Assembly (NCBI GenBank): GCA_964187785.1
Contig: OZ076420.1
Span: forward strand, 55,180,001-55,244,000
Source: Amphiscolops sp. MND2022
Taxonomy: Eukaryota
Length of the DNA: 64,000 bases
Direction of reading: 5' to 3'
Shown here: in pieces, positions 23,336-37,199 of the stretch
Numbering within the stretch: position 1 is the first letter of the stretch
Layout of the letters: each line of letters starts with the position of its first letter
The notes under the pieces: generated by a model
Told to the model about the DNA's origin: nothing
The model's database searches: none
The model's input: the letters and a program-made list of their open reading frames with translations, nothing else
Program-made: the position numbers and the translations under genes

Positions 23336-26300
23336 TCAAAATCTACGTGCACCTCCAATTTCTGGACTTGCAGCTCTACTACCGTCAGGATTCAATCCCA
23401 TCCGCTCATAAACTGACTCCCTATAATCATCCGTCGATAACATTCCGACTTCATCCCACAAGTCGTCCATACTCACTCCTCCGAGTTCAATAGCGCGCAC
23501 CACTGCATCAATACACTCTGCGACCAGACCGTTTGGAATACTGTGTAAACTCCTCAAACCTCGGGATTGACACCAACTCAAAATGGTTCGAATCATGCTA
23601 GATACATTCTCTGACGACAACTGTGGCAGACTAAAATCCACGAAATTGTAGACTCGATTGAAACTACCACTCACACAAAAGGAGATCTGCATCAGTCGGC
23701 ACAACACTGCATCTTTCGATCCATACTGACACAACTCACTCTCATGAGTCTGTAAATCATAGCCTTCTCCATGATCATCCCTGAACTGACGAATGAATCG
23801 CACAAACGACTCAAGCATAGGTATTCTGTCTGTCGCGACAAGGCGTCCTCTCCGCTCCAGCGTTTCCAAAAAACAGCCCATGATCTCTTCCATCTCACTA
23901 ATATTGGCATGCATCAACATATCCGGGCCCCAACAGGCCAAAGCCATGTTAGTCCGATCCGACACCTGAGGCAACTGCAAGAGATTCATAGCAATGGTGA
24001 TGACAAATTCCTCCACCAACGATACAACTCATACGACTCAGGAACTGTACTGTCTTCAGCCACCATGAGACAGAATCGCCGTACCACGTTCAAGATCTCA
24101 CTCACACCGTAAATGCCACGATACAGTCGATCACTAAAAGTTTGCTGCAGTCCTTCCAACACTAAAACAGACAAAGAAACGATGAACAGGATCGTGTAAA
24201 ATTGACGATATCTAACCGATGAAATTCATTAATTAATATCGCGTATTTCAGATTGAGGCTCAAATCTACAAACAAACGATACACAACAGATGAAACCTAT
24301 GCCAAGTCCAACACGCAAACATATCGTTCTACCTAAAACCCCGAAGGCAATAAAACTCATAATAACCGTGCGCGTACACCAATCCCACCACATGAAATTT
24401 GAGTGACAATCCAGCCTCTTCTAGAACTAGCAATTCCATCCGCATTGGATCCACACTGCCTTTCAATTGGTCCAATTGTCTCACAAGGGCGATCAATCTA
24501 TCCCAAGAATTTCGTATTTCTTCCAACACTGCTACGATCTCCCAATTCGATATTTCCCCTGACACTATACACTAAAACAGTCAAACACAAAAACAGTCAA
24601 AATTAGAACGAACTTGAATCCGTCTCACCTCAGCCATAAACTACCCCCCTATCCCTCGAATCAAAGACACAGAACAAAAGGAAAACTAATCCACACTTAC
24701 ACGCACTAATGCAGGACAATCCATTAGAACGGGATCTGCCAGACAATCGCGTAGTTTCGACAACAAGAAATTCATGACCACGTGAACCTCTTGCCCAGAA
24801 AACACAGATAGCCCCGCGGCAGTGATCACACGCGTGAATGACTCGAGACGCACTGGATCCAATGACACACTTCCCCGTCCGTCCTCACCCTCCACCAATC
24901 TACGTAATGCGGGCATTATAGAACAACTGACTCCCACAGGCTCGAGTTCCTCCAACATGACACACCAGTAACTTGCGATCAAGTGCGCAGCTCTCTTTTC
25001 CTACTGTCCAATAGCTCTTACTTCAAATAGAATATATCCACGCAACATGCCCATTTCCGCCACTGTGACAGAACAACGCAACACATTTCGGTCAAGCTCC
25101 ACATAAAATCCAACACGCTTCCCTGCACACAAGTCTGTTGAAATCGAGCGCACCACATGCGGCCAAACTCCGAACACCAACACGGCCTAAATCAATCATA
25201 ACACACACCCTAGTATATATTAAAAACGAGAATAACATAGAAAACCCAATAGTACCATTACAAAAACACTATGAACAAAACACAAGCACATATATACAAA
25301 AAAAACATGTAATTCATGCAACACATGTAAATCATACTTACGACAACGTCTTCTTTCCGGCAACCACCGCTGAACAGGCAATGATACGACACATCAGTAG
25401 TCGCAACCGAATCCCACAGTTGAGTGAGACTCGTGACGTCTCCACCGCGATATAGCGCATCCAGAACGAAACACAAGAAGAGTCTCAAGCTCCGCTCGTT
25501 ATCAGGCACTTTGGGAACACCCGAATCCAGATACTCTCGCCTCTAGCCTCGACCGCAAAAACTTCTCTGACAGAGAAGGACGGACACACCTCAACTTCCG
25601 GCAACGACAAGCCTCTCAGCTCTTCCTCCATCGCAGCGGCTTCAGAAGCACTCATCAACGCTCCGTTCCGTCGACGCAGAAACAAACCACGCCGGGAACG
25701 CACCAAACAGTCTAGCTTGTGGTGTAGGACTCCACGACAATGTGATAAATAGGTCGAGATGCCGCGACTCCCGACTTTCAAGTCGCACTTGCAGAACAGA
25801 CAACGCACATACGCTTCTGATGACCTATGATGTCGTGCGAAGCCCAGTGACATTCCCGCATACTCGTGCTGGAACCAGCTTGAACGGACACTGTTCTTAA
25901 CGACTGAAAACAGAAACTGATGATAAAACGATGAAACCTATCTCACTGGCAACGACACCGGAGAACGAAAATAAAACGCTCTTCTTGCCTAAAACTATGC
26001 AAAAACGATGTTTTCACTTAAAACTGACCTCATGAGTCTAAAATGAAAAACCTAGATGTTTTGCTGAAAAGAAAAGCCAGCTAACGCAAAAAAAGGCACA
26101 AAATCGCCCACAAAACTACAAAAATATTAAAATTACCAAGTCAAACGACTGAACTAAAGTACCTAATGAAGAGTCTCAAACAACAACGTAAGTTAATAGG
26201 TAACGATAACATGTCGGAAATACGGTGAATCACATGACCGTTGAAGCTGTTTAGTTTACCTGACCGAACAAGACGACTACTGGAAGCCACTGCATTGCCC

Positions 26301-27114
26301 AAGGGGGGACTGCCGATGACAGGAACACTTGGCACAGCAACACCACCAGAAGTTTCTGGTCGATCAGCAACACCTACTACAGCCTCTACACTTGAGCCGA
26401 CACTCCTCACTGACCCTTCTTCACTGCTAGAAGATGAGTTGATAACGAATTCTCGCCGCGTCTGTGTGGCAACATTCCGGGGAGCCACCGATTCGTCAGC
26501 TCCACACGCAACAGACACCACCTGACGAATGACAGACCGCTCCAAACCACTCATCTCTCTCGGGACTAAAAACAACAGTATTCATCGTCCCTACATCACT
26601 TGCACAGCCAAGATGGGAAACAGATAAAACGTATGTGATCCGGTCTCAATGAACTAACAAGATCAACACATCAAGAAAACCAAGGCAATTTTGACTTACT
26701 GGAGTTAGCCAGCTCTTCTCGAACTGAGCTCCGCAAATAACCGTCATACCAGCCCAATGACAGCGAACCAAGAGACTGTTGCCAAGGCGTGTACACTGAA
26801 ATAACACTGTGATTGAATACCGATGAATACCGATGGAAGTGATAACTGGCGGTAGACGACTCACTCTGTGGATACATGGGCATAAGAGGATGCTGAATAA
26901 TGGGAGTCTGCACAGGCGGTAGCGGACCCACGCCTGTCAACTCGGTATAGACCCTCTGACTCCCAGACCCAGATGGTGTCATCCATTCTTCACCAGCTAA
27001 ACATAAAACAGAGTACATTACAATTAACCCAAATCCATAACAGCAGTGACGATGAAAGAACGATAACTCACTAAATGGATTCAACTCCTGATATGAATCT
27101 CTATTGTCAGACAT
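23336..27114 (-). pseudogene. Multi-exon pseudogene, paralog A: BED/C2H2-like zinc finger plus putative degenerate hAT-transposase-like body
   Basis: Collinear with 29820-33680 (CLFCKC..HCRGVLHHKLDCLVR; LFLCFVLDALYR; DPVLMDCP; LWDEVG..YRESVY..RAASPE); GT-AG junctions; W->TAG at 25001-25003 and a frameshift ~25530. Confidence 0.65.
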
Positions 27115-27741
27115 CTTGATAATAGCAGGCAGAAACAACGATTGCAATCTGAAAAAATAGAACACGAATGAAGGTAGATGATTAATGACCAATCAATTTG
27201 ATGAAACGAAAACATGGACAATCGACAAATATGATGCCCGTGATATAACGCCGATTCATCTCACAATTTCAAAGGAACAAACAACGTTTCGACTACATCT
27301 AACAATAATCAAATCAAAAAGAGGGAAAATCAGACCGAAAAATTCTTCAAGATTGATGCAAATTATCTATCTCCTTCCACCAACTAGCAGAGGAACTACG
27401 GTTTGACTATAATAATTTACTCGAAATTCAGTGAACAATCTTTTCAAAGTGTTAGATACAGCTGCCAGCGTCGTTAGCAATTGGAATGATTTACACACTC
27501 AGCGGAAAGACCCACTCGAAATTGTGGCTACCTTATTGACCTAATGACTCATTATGATAACTGAACGTTTCCCCCTCGCACACAGTTGGAATTTCTACCG
27601 CAGCCATTCACTCATTATTACGTCACATTCATTCACGCTTGTTCTGAATTTCCTCCAACAGTTCGATGGACATTCGACGGGCCAAGACCTAGAACTGACG
27701 CGTCCAACTTTATCCGAAAGGGGGGTTCCCACGAAGCAGAA

Positions 27742-27839
27742 TATTCACTAAGCCGAAAAAATGAAAGTATTCACTAAGCCGAAAAAACGAAAGTATTTAC
27801 TAAGCCGAAAAAAAACAAAAGTATTCACTAAGCCGAAAA
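27742..27839. repeat. 26-bp tandem repeat x4 (TATTCACTAAGCCGAAAAAA.GAAAG), subterminal-repeat-like
   Basis: Directly visible; adjacent to CAGTGCTA on the minus strand. Confidence 0.8.
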
Positions 27840-29446
27840 TTACGTAGCACTGTATAATTCTCTGCAATCTAATTGGCTGACGCGGGCGGACCGGAACGAA
27901 GTCCGTTCAGAATTTTTTTTAAAAATGAAATTTTCAATTTCCCCCAGTCAGCTATGTTCACATACTCCTAGTGCTACACATACATCGATTTTAGTGCTAC
28001 AATCAGTTGGACAACATCGCTTTCCCATCGCACAATGTACCTTATCTTGATTCGGCTTGAAATTAGTGCGGTATCGAATACTTTCAGCATATTTTCATCT
28101 CTATGGTAACTACTGTCAAATGTGCAGGCAATTTATACATCCATAAAACATCTCAGAAATCCAGTCTTCACTCACAAACTGTTTAATTCCCATAATCATT
28201 TTACTGGGTTCATAGAATATGATATAAAAAAAAGACTCAAGGTCTGTTGGTGATTTAAGAGACACCGCACCTAGTGGTCATTACATACATGAAAATTCAT
28301 ATAATCCAAACGGGAGATGAAAAAGTGATGATTTCAGCCAAATAACTCCTTACAAACATGCAATAATTACTAGCGATGCGTTTGAGATAGAAAATACCAT
28401 CAGAACGCTAATGCAGTCACGTTCATGCTATCATAATACTCTAGCTCGGCTAGAGGATGAAATAGCGATGAAGTCAATCAAAAATACCTTGCAAACATGA
28501 GAAACACTTAAAGAGATGTATTCGCGATGGTATTTTACCATCAACTCAACGACTGAATCCATCGTCACACTAGCACAATACTCTAGCTCGGTTAAAGGAT
28601 GAAAGAACGATGAACCCAGTCCAATCTAAAATACAAATGAAAATTACTCACAAAAGATGTCTTTGCGATGGGAAACACCATCCAAAAGATAATTCATTAG
28701 TCAGCTTTCTATCACAAGACTATAGCACGGCCAAAGAATGAGAAGGCAAATTTTCATGAAAGAATGAAATTACGGAAACAACGCGTACATGAAAACACAC
28801 GATGCCAAAAACAAAACAGGAACATGCAAAATACTCAAAATCCGAAAAAGATGAAAAGAAGATGAACTATACCAAATAACATGTAAAATGTTAGAATTCA
28901 AACTCGCGATGAAAAGACGATGAACCATGCAGATAAAATACATGTAACAACATGCAATGTTTCTTATGTAACGAACGATGTAAAAAGGTGAAAAAGTTGA
29001 GACGTTGCTCGGTCGACTGATGAAAACACGATGAAAATGAGATGAAAAATCAAAAGGGAGCGCTGATCTACTCTACCTACACTTACATGAGATGTAATAA
29101 CGATGAACACCGTGATAAAATCATATAAAAGTTCGTAAACTAAAGAGCGATGTACAAACGATGATAACTACTACTCGAAACACTCAACTGCCTAACAAGA
29201 AATTATTCGCAAAACCTACCTCCCCGTGTTCTCACTCACTAGTATCTCAAGAGAAAACCAATTCGGGTGCCAAATCCTTTAATTTGTACATAAAATGCCC
29301 CACCGAATTTTCCGACGTGGTTTCTTTTTCTTTTTTCAAAGTTATCGTCTCATAAGTTATCGTCACTTAAAAGTGACACACACAGTTGGTCACCCATTCC
29401 AAAGCTATCGTCAATACAAAAACTACAAAATAATAAATTAATACAA

Positions 29447-29780
29447 GCGGACATTACGCCCAAATGTAAATTACGGACAAGGAAATTACGATAATGTAAT
29501 CAGCTATGCTCACATACCCCTAGTACCTTAAATGCAGGAGCGAAGCGAAGCGGAGCGACGTGCCAATGTGGCCATGCCTCAATGTTGCTACTTGGCGAAG
29601 GGAGCGAAGCGACCGAGCCATACAACAAACATGCTAACCTCTTCAAATATTAACCTGAAAAAATCGCTGCTATTCTCTTTGAATAGCCTAATTTGCTTGG
29701 GCGTAATTTCCGTTTGGGCGTAATTTCCTTGGGCGTAATGTCCTTGGGCGTAATGTCTTTGGGCGTAATGTCCTAGAACC
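29447..29780. mobile_element. MITE with TTGGGCGTAATGTC subterminal repeats (longer relative of 48093-48369)
   Basis: Same ...GTCCTAGAACC end and ~15-bp repeats; internal GCGAAGCG-rich core shared with ~46005-46125. Confidence 0.7.
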
Positions 29781-29819
29781 TCAAATAACATAAGAGTTTC
29801 AAAATTCATCAAATAGTCT

Positions 29820-32800
29820 CTAAACCTCTGGACTGGCCGCGCGCTCTCCAGTAGCTGTAAAACCAATTAAGGCATACACAGACTCTCGGTACTCCTCATC
29901 AGCGACCACTCCTACGTCGTCCCACAGCATTTCTTCCGATAACTCAGATAAATCTGTGAAATGAGAAGTAGATTCCACAATGTCTTCTAGCAGCGGCCCG
30001 CTCACACTCTCAAACTGTCTAACTGAATGTGTTTTCAAATAGCTCAAGATACTTGAACACACACTTGTAGTCACATCGCTACTCAGACCGCCTACACTGG
30101 CACAACTGACATCTAATGGGAATAAGGGAGCCTCACTCAGACACATAAGATAGCGAAAAAACCGCTGACATGAAGCATTCCCACACGCACGCAAGATGTC
30201 CACTGCCACACTGGCACTATCCACAGGCACATCAATTGAACTCTGACGAAAGTTAGTCACAAACGCAGCGAAACTCCCATCCATCTGTCTTTTTTCTGCG
30301 GGCCCAATCCTCTTCAGATCCACCAACAAAGCAGTAAACCGCTCCACTTCACGTTGCAGTACAGGAACGTCACCTTGTAGCAAGACAGCAGGACAACCTA
30401 CACTCAGGTGAAACGTAACCTCTTCTCGCACTCCAGTAACAGATAACATCTCCTCGACCACCACAAACATGAAACTCTGAACAGAAGCCAGATGATCATC
30501 GAAAGTAGAAGCTTCCGCGAACTGTCCCAGATGAGCACCAAATTCATCACGCATGGCTCGCAACTTCGGGCCTGACACACGCAACTGGTCCACATCCAAC
30601 TCCAAGCAGGCTCGAACCTCGGTGACACTCGGTAAGTCACCCTCGTCAACCAGCTTGAGCAAGACAGCACGCACAAAACACGCACTCTCGTACGCCCAAT
30701 GGAAGCTTCGCAAAGAGCAACTGCTAAAACTCCAGCGATACGAATTGACGACTAAAACAACAAAGCATAAAAAGCAATAAAATAATAGCTGCGACATACA
30801 ATTACTATTTAAACTCTGAGCCTAAACATACTAAATAAGTAGAGACACTATTATTCACAACACAGAAACACAATATAAAAAAACGAAATGTACATACGAG
30901 CTCGGAAGACAATAGCCAGCGCCTGCAATCGGAGGGGAACACTGGCATCCCCACAAAGCACGAAGTCCAGAGAGTCGATGACACCAGACCCACTAGGCAC
31001 TCTCAATAAATTTGACATTTCTGCCCAATTCTCATATAGCTCCGTCAGCAAGTCAGGCACGTCCCAAAGAGTCACTTCTCCTTCTAACACGGACTATAAC
31101 ACACAGGACTACATCAAAACAAAAATTTCCATTGGACACACAAGACAGCTACAAAACAACAGCACCCAGAAGTCAAAGATCAATACTACTGAAGAACAAT
31201 CAAAGGATTGCACATATTTACCTGCAAGAGTTTTGGACAATCTAATAGAACCGGATCACACACAAATTCTTTCAAGCGGGTCTGAAGATGGTTCAACAGG
31301 CTGTGCACATCCGTCCCGCCCATCACACGGACGCTTGCATCGACCAGACACTTGGTTAAATCAACAAGTCTCAGTGGCACAAGCGACACTGAACCCAGTC
31401 CAGAGTAGTTGATCATCGCCCCTTCTACTCCAGGTAATAGACGACAATTGAGCCCAACAGGTGTCACTTGCCCCACAACACAGCATAGCAGGTCGACCAC
31501 CCACGAAACCACCCGCTGCTCCCACTCTCGTCCGTACACAAACGAAAAGAGCACATATGTCGAAAGTCCTTCCAGGGTACACACACTGACAGTGCCCACC
31601 ACTCTCTCCGCTACTATAGTGATCCCGAAGCTATTGAACTCCGTCTCGGACCACAATGCGATGACCCGTCGCATCACGAAGGGCCACAATCCAAGAAGCA
31701 CCACCCTCTAAAACGAAAATGCGAATTCATCTTACAAACATCGTTTTCAAAACACTCCTATCGCTACATATTCCACAATCACTTAAGGCATCACTAATCC
31801 TTTTTTTAAGAAAAACAACAAACATGCAGCATATACTACTAAACAAATAACATATAACATGAAATCACATGCAACGTGTACCTAACATATATGATTAGTA
31901 AAAGATTCATAATAACCAGAACGTCGGACTCTCGACAAGTCGATCCGAACAAGACCGAATGCTGACCGTTGGACGCAATCATGAGGTCCCAGAGATGCCG
32001 AACACTCGCGAAATTGCAATCTCGATAGATTGCATCTATCACCAAGCACACGAATAGACGCACACTTTCAGTTAGATCGACATCGTCTTCGCGTTGCGCC
32101 CCACACAGACCCGCCAGCTGACTCGATTTGTAGCGCTTCTAGCACAGTCACATTTGGGCAAACCTCTATTACAGGCACTGCTTCTCCAATCAATGTGGCA
32201 TTGCAATCGTCCGCCTCGCTCTTTGACATAAGGGTCCCGTCTCGCTTGCGCAAAGCCAAGCCACGCCGCAATCGTACTAGGCAATCGAGTCGGTGATGTC
32301 TGACACCCCGACAATGCTCCCAAAACGTCGTGATCCCTCTGCTTGCGATTCGAACGTCCTGTCGACATAACAGGCAACGAACAAAGGAGTCACGCGTCTT
32401 GTGATCTTTAGCGAACCCCAAAGCCAGTCCGCAGTACACGTGTTCAAACCACGTAGGTTAGAGGATCTTCTTTCCTGAAATCAAAATAAACTTTGAAAAT
32501 ACCAAACCCATCCTCTACACATCCTCAAAAACTGAAAAACGCAAAACCAACAGAAAACTTCAAAAAGCTCACCCGGAGTGATGAAAAAATGATGTAAACT
32601 AATATTTTCAAAAGAAGTTCATCGGGAAATATAAGCGAACAAACAAAGAAAAATGAAAAGATGAAAAAGAGATGTATCTACGGACCACCAGAACGAAAAT
32701 TGAAACTCTTAGAGACAAAAAAACTCGAAGGTTGAAAAGGGGATGTAAACCGAAAAGAGATGATGAGAGAAGCTGAAAACCAAAAGAGAAAAGTTACAAG

Positions 32801-33680
32801 GATGTAAAAGAGATAAAAACTGTAAAAATGAGCAAAACGCGAAAAGGAAGAAAGCACCCCGTTTGAAAAACTTAGACGATGAAAAATGATGAAAAATGGA
32901 AAACCTGCAAAATCAACTAACTAACAAAAGATCTAAACGATGGAAAATGGATGAAAAACAAGAAAACCTGAACTCGCTACAAAAGAAAATGTAATGAACG
33001 GAAGGAAAAAACAAATGAAAAGTTGTTGATCAGATACTTCACAGTTTTTCAAAACAGGTTTAAGTTAAAGCTGTTTAGGTAACCTGGTAGACGAGTGGCA
33101 ATCGCTTCGTCGTCTGAATCAACAAGGCTGGCACCCATCGGAGATGTCACAAAGGGTACAGGGTCTGACTCGGGAACAACAGTTTCTGGGGAAGAGTCGG
33201 CACCCAATGAGCCAACAACTGAAAGGTCCTCTGGAGGATCGGCAACTGGCTCAACACTGTCAGCAGATGGAAGAACAGGCGAAGTGACACCCAGACGATC
33301 ATGCTCAGTACCGACATCGCAGTACTCCACGACAGCCTGGACACTCTTGTCTGCAGTGACGATGACGACGTCGGTTGAAGCATCCACGAGCTGCACCTCA
33401 TCTCTGGTGGAGGTGCCACAAGAGACAGTAATGCGAGGCGCAGTAGGAGGACTTCGGGGGTGGCACAAGTATCAAAGTACCGATGGAAGTTCGGCGAGAG
33501 AACGGACACGGAAGCCCTCACCACAGGAGAACTCACTGCTCCCGGCAACAGGTCCTGAAGGAAAGAGGACACCTCTAACTGGGGAGGCCCTTCTTGGGTG
33601 ATAGCATCAGCACTGTCACTAAGATAATCACTCGTCCCTATCCCGACAGAGTAGGTGATAGGACGAGGCCTCGGAGCATG
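29820..33680 (-). pseudogene. Multi-exon pseudogene, paralog B of 23336-27114
   Basis: CLLCRQ..HCRGVRHHRLDCLVR; RLFVCLVIDAIYR; DPVLLDCP; LWDDVG..YRESVY..RAASPE; in-frame TAA at 32458-32460 and frameshifts ~32080. 5' boundary uncertain. Confidence 0.65.
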
Positions 33681-35642
33681 GATCGGCGTGGGGCCTAAAA
33701 TAGAAAAATGCCACCTACTATCAGGATGTTGATTGAAAACTGCGCAAAAATCAGTGAGGAGAAAATTTGAAAGTTCATCTCAAAACCATCTCCGGAAGGA
33801 TAACACGGTGAACCGACCACGAAGGATTGTGGATTTTGAAGATACATCCCAGACACATCTCAGAAATGAGTTACATGGCTAATCGACCGCAAAGGGCATT
33901 ACATGAAGATGAGATGGAAACATCGGAATTACAACGTAATGTCTGGACGACGCCCTATAGAGGAGAAAAATGGAAAATGTCGACTCACTATGTTGCTGGA
34001 TACTGTCTCGCAATAAGTCCCGCATGTAACGGTCATACCACCCGAAGGTGATACTTCCTAGAGATGCGTACCAAGGGAAGTGATCTGAAACACCAAATGG
34101 AAAGAGTCAGCTGCCGGATGAAACGGAGATGAGAAATGAAGGGACCGTGGACTGAATTGAACACTGTTCCAGATGGCATCTGGAAGGATAGTACTTACAC
34201 TGCGGCAGATACGGGACATTGACTGGCTGACCTATCTGAAGGTCAGGATCAATTTGTGGCTCAGCAATCGTTGGCTGAGCAGGCGGAGCCTCTTGTGGCG
34301 GCACAGTTTCTAGCGTCGTCAGGTCTGACACGATACCGACGGAATGGACTGAGTCAGCTAAAGCAAGATGAGTCCTTAGTGCCGAGTGTCCCTAGACTGT
34401 TTGTGAGAAGAAAGGAAAAATAGTGCACTTACCTCCGGTGGCCTCGGTATCTGGTAAGGAATAAATCGAGTGGATATCATCCGACATGCTGGAATCGAGG
34501 AATTGCAAGCAACAATCTGAAAAGAATGGAAGAGAGTGAAGGAAGGAAAGAAATCGAAGAACCCAGGACAGGAATTTGATCAGTAATTAAATGGCCTGAT
34601 CAACCATGATTACGAGAAACAAATTCACGTGAAGATTTCATAGAGCGCGAATGCAGCTTGAATGCCAGAGTAAATCAAATACTTGAATTCAGAAGATGAA
34701 AAATTGATGAAAAATTCACCGATTTCAAAGACTGACTACACTCCTTTTTCCCAGTTACAACCAGTTCAAAAACTTCTCAGAAAATGGATCGTCCACTCCT
34801 AGAACTTGATTACAAAAACTTCAAGTATTTGATTTGTTGACAGCTGCCAGTCTCAGATCAATGACGACGAAGTTGAGCGGAAACGCGCAAAGGAAATCGT
34901 GGCGATTTTCAAACCGACTTAACGGAAGATGATTCACGGATGAGAATGTCTTGACAACCGGTTGTATTTCCTCCAGATAAGAAACTCAGTCTCAGCCAAT
35001 CAGAACAAGTAACGGTTGCTATGGCGACGATTCATCTTTTTCTCATCACTGAGAAGTCAGACAGCGGAAGTAACAGTGACGGTTACTATGACGACGACTC
35101 ATCTCTTTCCTATCGCTGAAAATCAAACAGTAAAGCAGTCAACATCGATGTCTCGCTGTGTAAACAATTCATATAAATTCATCTCAAGATAACCTCAGAC
35201 AGACAAATAGCGGCGCCAGCTCACTGCTAAATTGTCAGTAATGTTAGCCGAAATGTTTACTCAGCGTAGGCGACTTGGGGAAAACTTTCCACCAGGAAAT
35301 CGAATTCCACCCAAACAATCAGTCAACCGGACTCCCGACAAAAGCATGACAATCAATAAATTGCAGGTCAGCGGACATCCGATGGGCCAAGAACTAGAGT
35401 TGCCGCGTCCAAAATTCAACCGAAATTACCAAGGATAATGCCAGACAGGAAACGACTGCCGAAGTCCCTTCTCAGAGAAGAGTTACATGGGACAGTACTA
35501 ACGAAGGAAAGGCCAACCCAGAACTAACGAAGGAAATTATCTCCCCAACCAAACGGAGGAATTAGTCGAAGCCCACGCTGAGACAACCATCCTCTGCACA
35601 TTTGGCCCCTGCACTCTCAGTCCAAATCCCTCCCCCGGGGAG

Positions 35643-36034
35643 TGTCATGACAGCATGATGGAAATATAGATTACTAAATATCTGTAATGTAAATATTATG
35701 TCTTATGTACTTATATGTGGGCAATATGAAGTCATATATTAAGAGCCATGGTTGTGAGCAACCCTACGTTACTTGTACTTAATTCCCCTTCCCCCCTTTG
35801 AGTGTGAGTTATATATATTTACTTAATACTGAGCGCTCTAGTTCCGGTGTCCGCACAAATGATCTTGATTATAGTCTTAATGTGCTGTAACTTTTCTTAT
35901 TGGGTTGTCACGACAAGGGAGAGAAGTTTTCCGGTCAGGCTGGACCGAGTGATATGAAGGTGATGAACTAAGTTCAACTAAGTTCAACTAAGTTACTTCT
36001 ACATGCTCCTCGCCTCAGAGCTATAGTCGTGACA
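35643..36034 (+). repeat. LTR-like sequence (TGTCATGACA...AGTCGTGACA, 392 bp)
   Basis: Inverted TG...CA termini; preceded by a short purine run (GGGGAG); its 3' part recurs at ~40405-40435, ~43528-43635 and ~44755-44785. Confidence 0.55.
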
Positions 36035-36833
36035 ATCCCTTCTCTGAAATTCATCGCTAATCCATCAGCGGGTTGAGCAGTGAACCTACGAATTGACTGA
36101 TATTTCTCCTTGAATCCATCAGCGGATTCACTGATGCTATTTAACCATAATTCGTCGCAATTTCATCCCCAAAATTGCGAATGAATTTGAATTGGGACTT
36201 TAGACTATTTTCATCACTAATCCATCAGCGGACCTTATGGGACTTGGTTTTAGTAAATTCATCTTAAATTCATCGCCGTATTACATTTAGTAACTCCAAA
36301 TGTGCTTCTCATTTCTTAAAGATGGTAACTCATCCCTATTTCATCGCATGGACAGTAGACAGAAAGAAAATGAGAAAGTACATCTCTAATTCATCCTGAA
36401 AAGAGTGCATGTGCTGGATTATCTGTTTGTTTGGTTAAATTTATCTCTAACCCATCCTGATTTTTATTCGCGCTAGAATTTGCTGATTTATTTGGTGAGT
36501 TCATCCTAAACTCATCGTTGAACCAATTGCTACTAGAATTGTTGTTTTATTCGATATCATCCCAAACTCATCGCTGATTTCGATTCACGATAAAGTTGGC
36601 TATTTCATTGGTTTTATTGAATGAATTCATCCTGAATTCATCGTCAATCCTACTTGTGCTGGAAATTAGCAAATAAGGAAGATACTAATTTCCTTCGTAA
36701 ACTTCATCTCTAAATCATCTCAGTTCAAAATTATTGAATTCGAGATATTACATTCATCAATAAAATAACAAAATACATCCGTAAAACATCCCAAATCCAG
36801 TCTTCACTCACAAATCCGTTTTCACTTATTTAT

Positions 36834-37163
36834 ATGAGTCAAAACCAGGGAACAGTACTCAGAAACGGTAAAATCATTGATTCCTCGTTAGATACAACTC
36901 CTCCTGAAGACTTGAACATGGCACAGACGAATTCGAACGATTCTGACACCAATGATGGTTCCGATATTTCTTCTCAGTTATCTGAAATAAAAGAAAGTTA
37001 TGAACGGAGAATTAATGAGTTACATCAGGAATTTAGTCAACTGAAGGACTTAATGATGGCAATTGTCAATAAGAATAACAGTGAGTCTCAGCCATCTAGA
37101 TCAAAAGGTCCTTCAAAGCCGCCCCAGCAGTTGGGGTCCGAGATCATGACAGTGTTTATTTAA
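36834..37163 (+). pseudogene. Truncated gag-like N-terminus (MSQNQGTVLRNGK... coiled coil)
   Basis: LRNGK start motif and heptad-like segment downstream of the LTR-like block; truncated. Confidence 0.45.
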
Positions 37164-37199
37164 ATGAAATAGTTTTCGTGTTTCGTTATTTCCTTCATG

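Noticed and set aside
22557-27852. hAT element with CAGTG TIRs enclosing paralog A
   Set aside because: The candidate ends match only over 5 bp, and no 8-bp TSD was found.
29532-29866. ORFs with HYAQ/TLRP repeats (also 47955-48485)
   Set aside because: Translations of MITE subterminal repeats.
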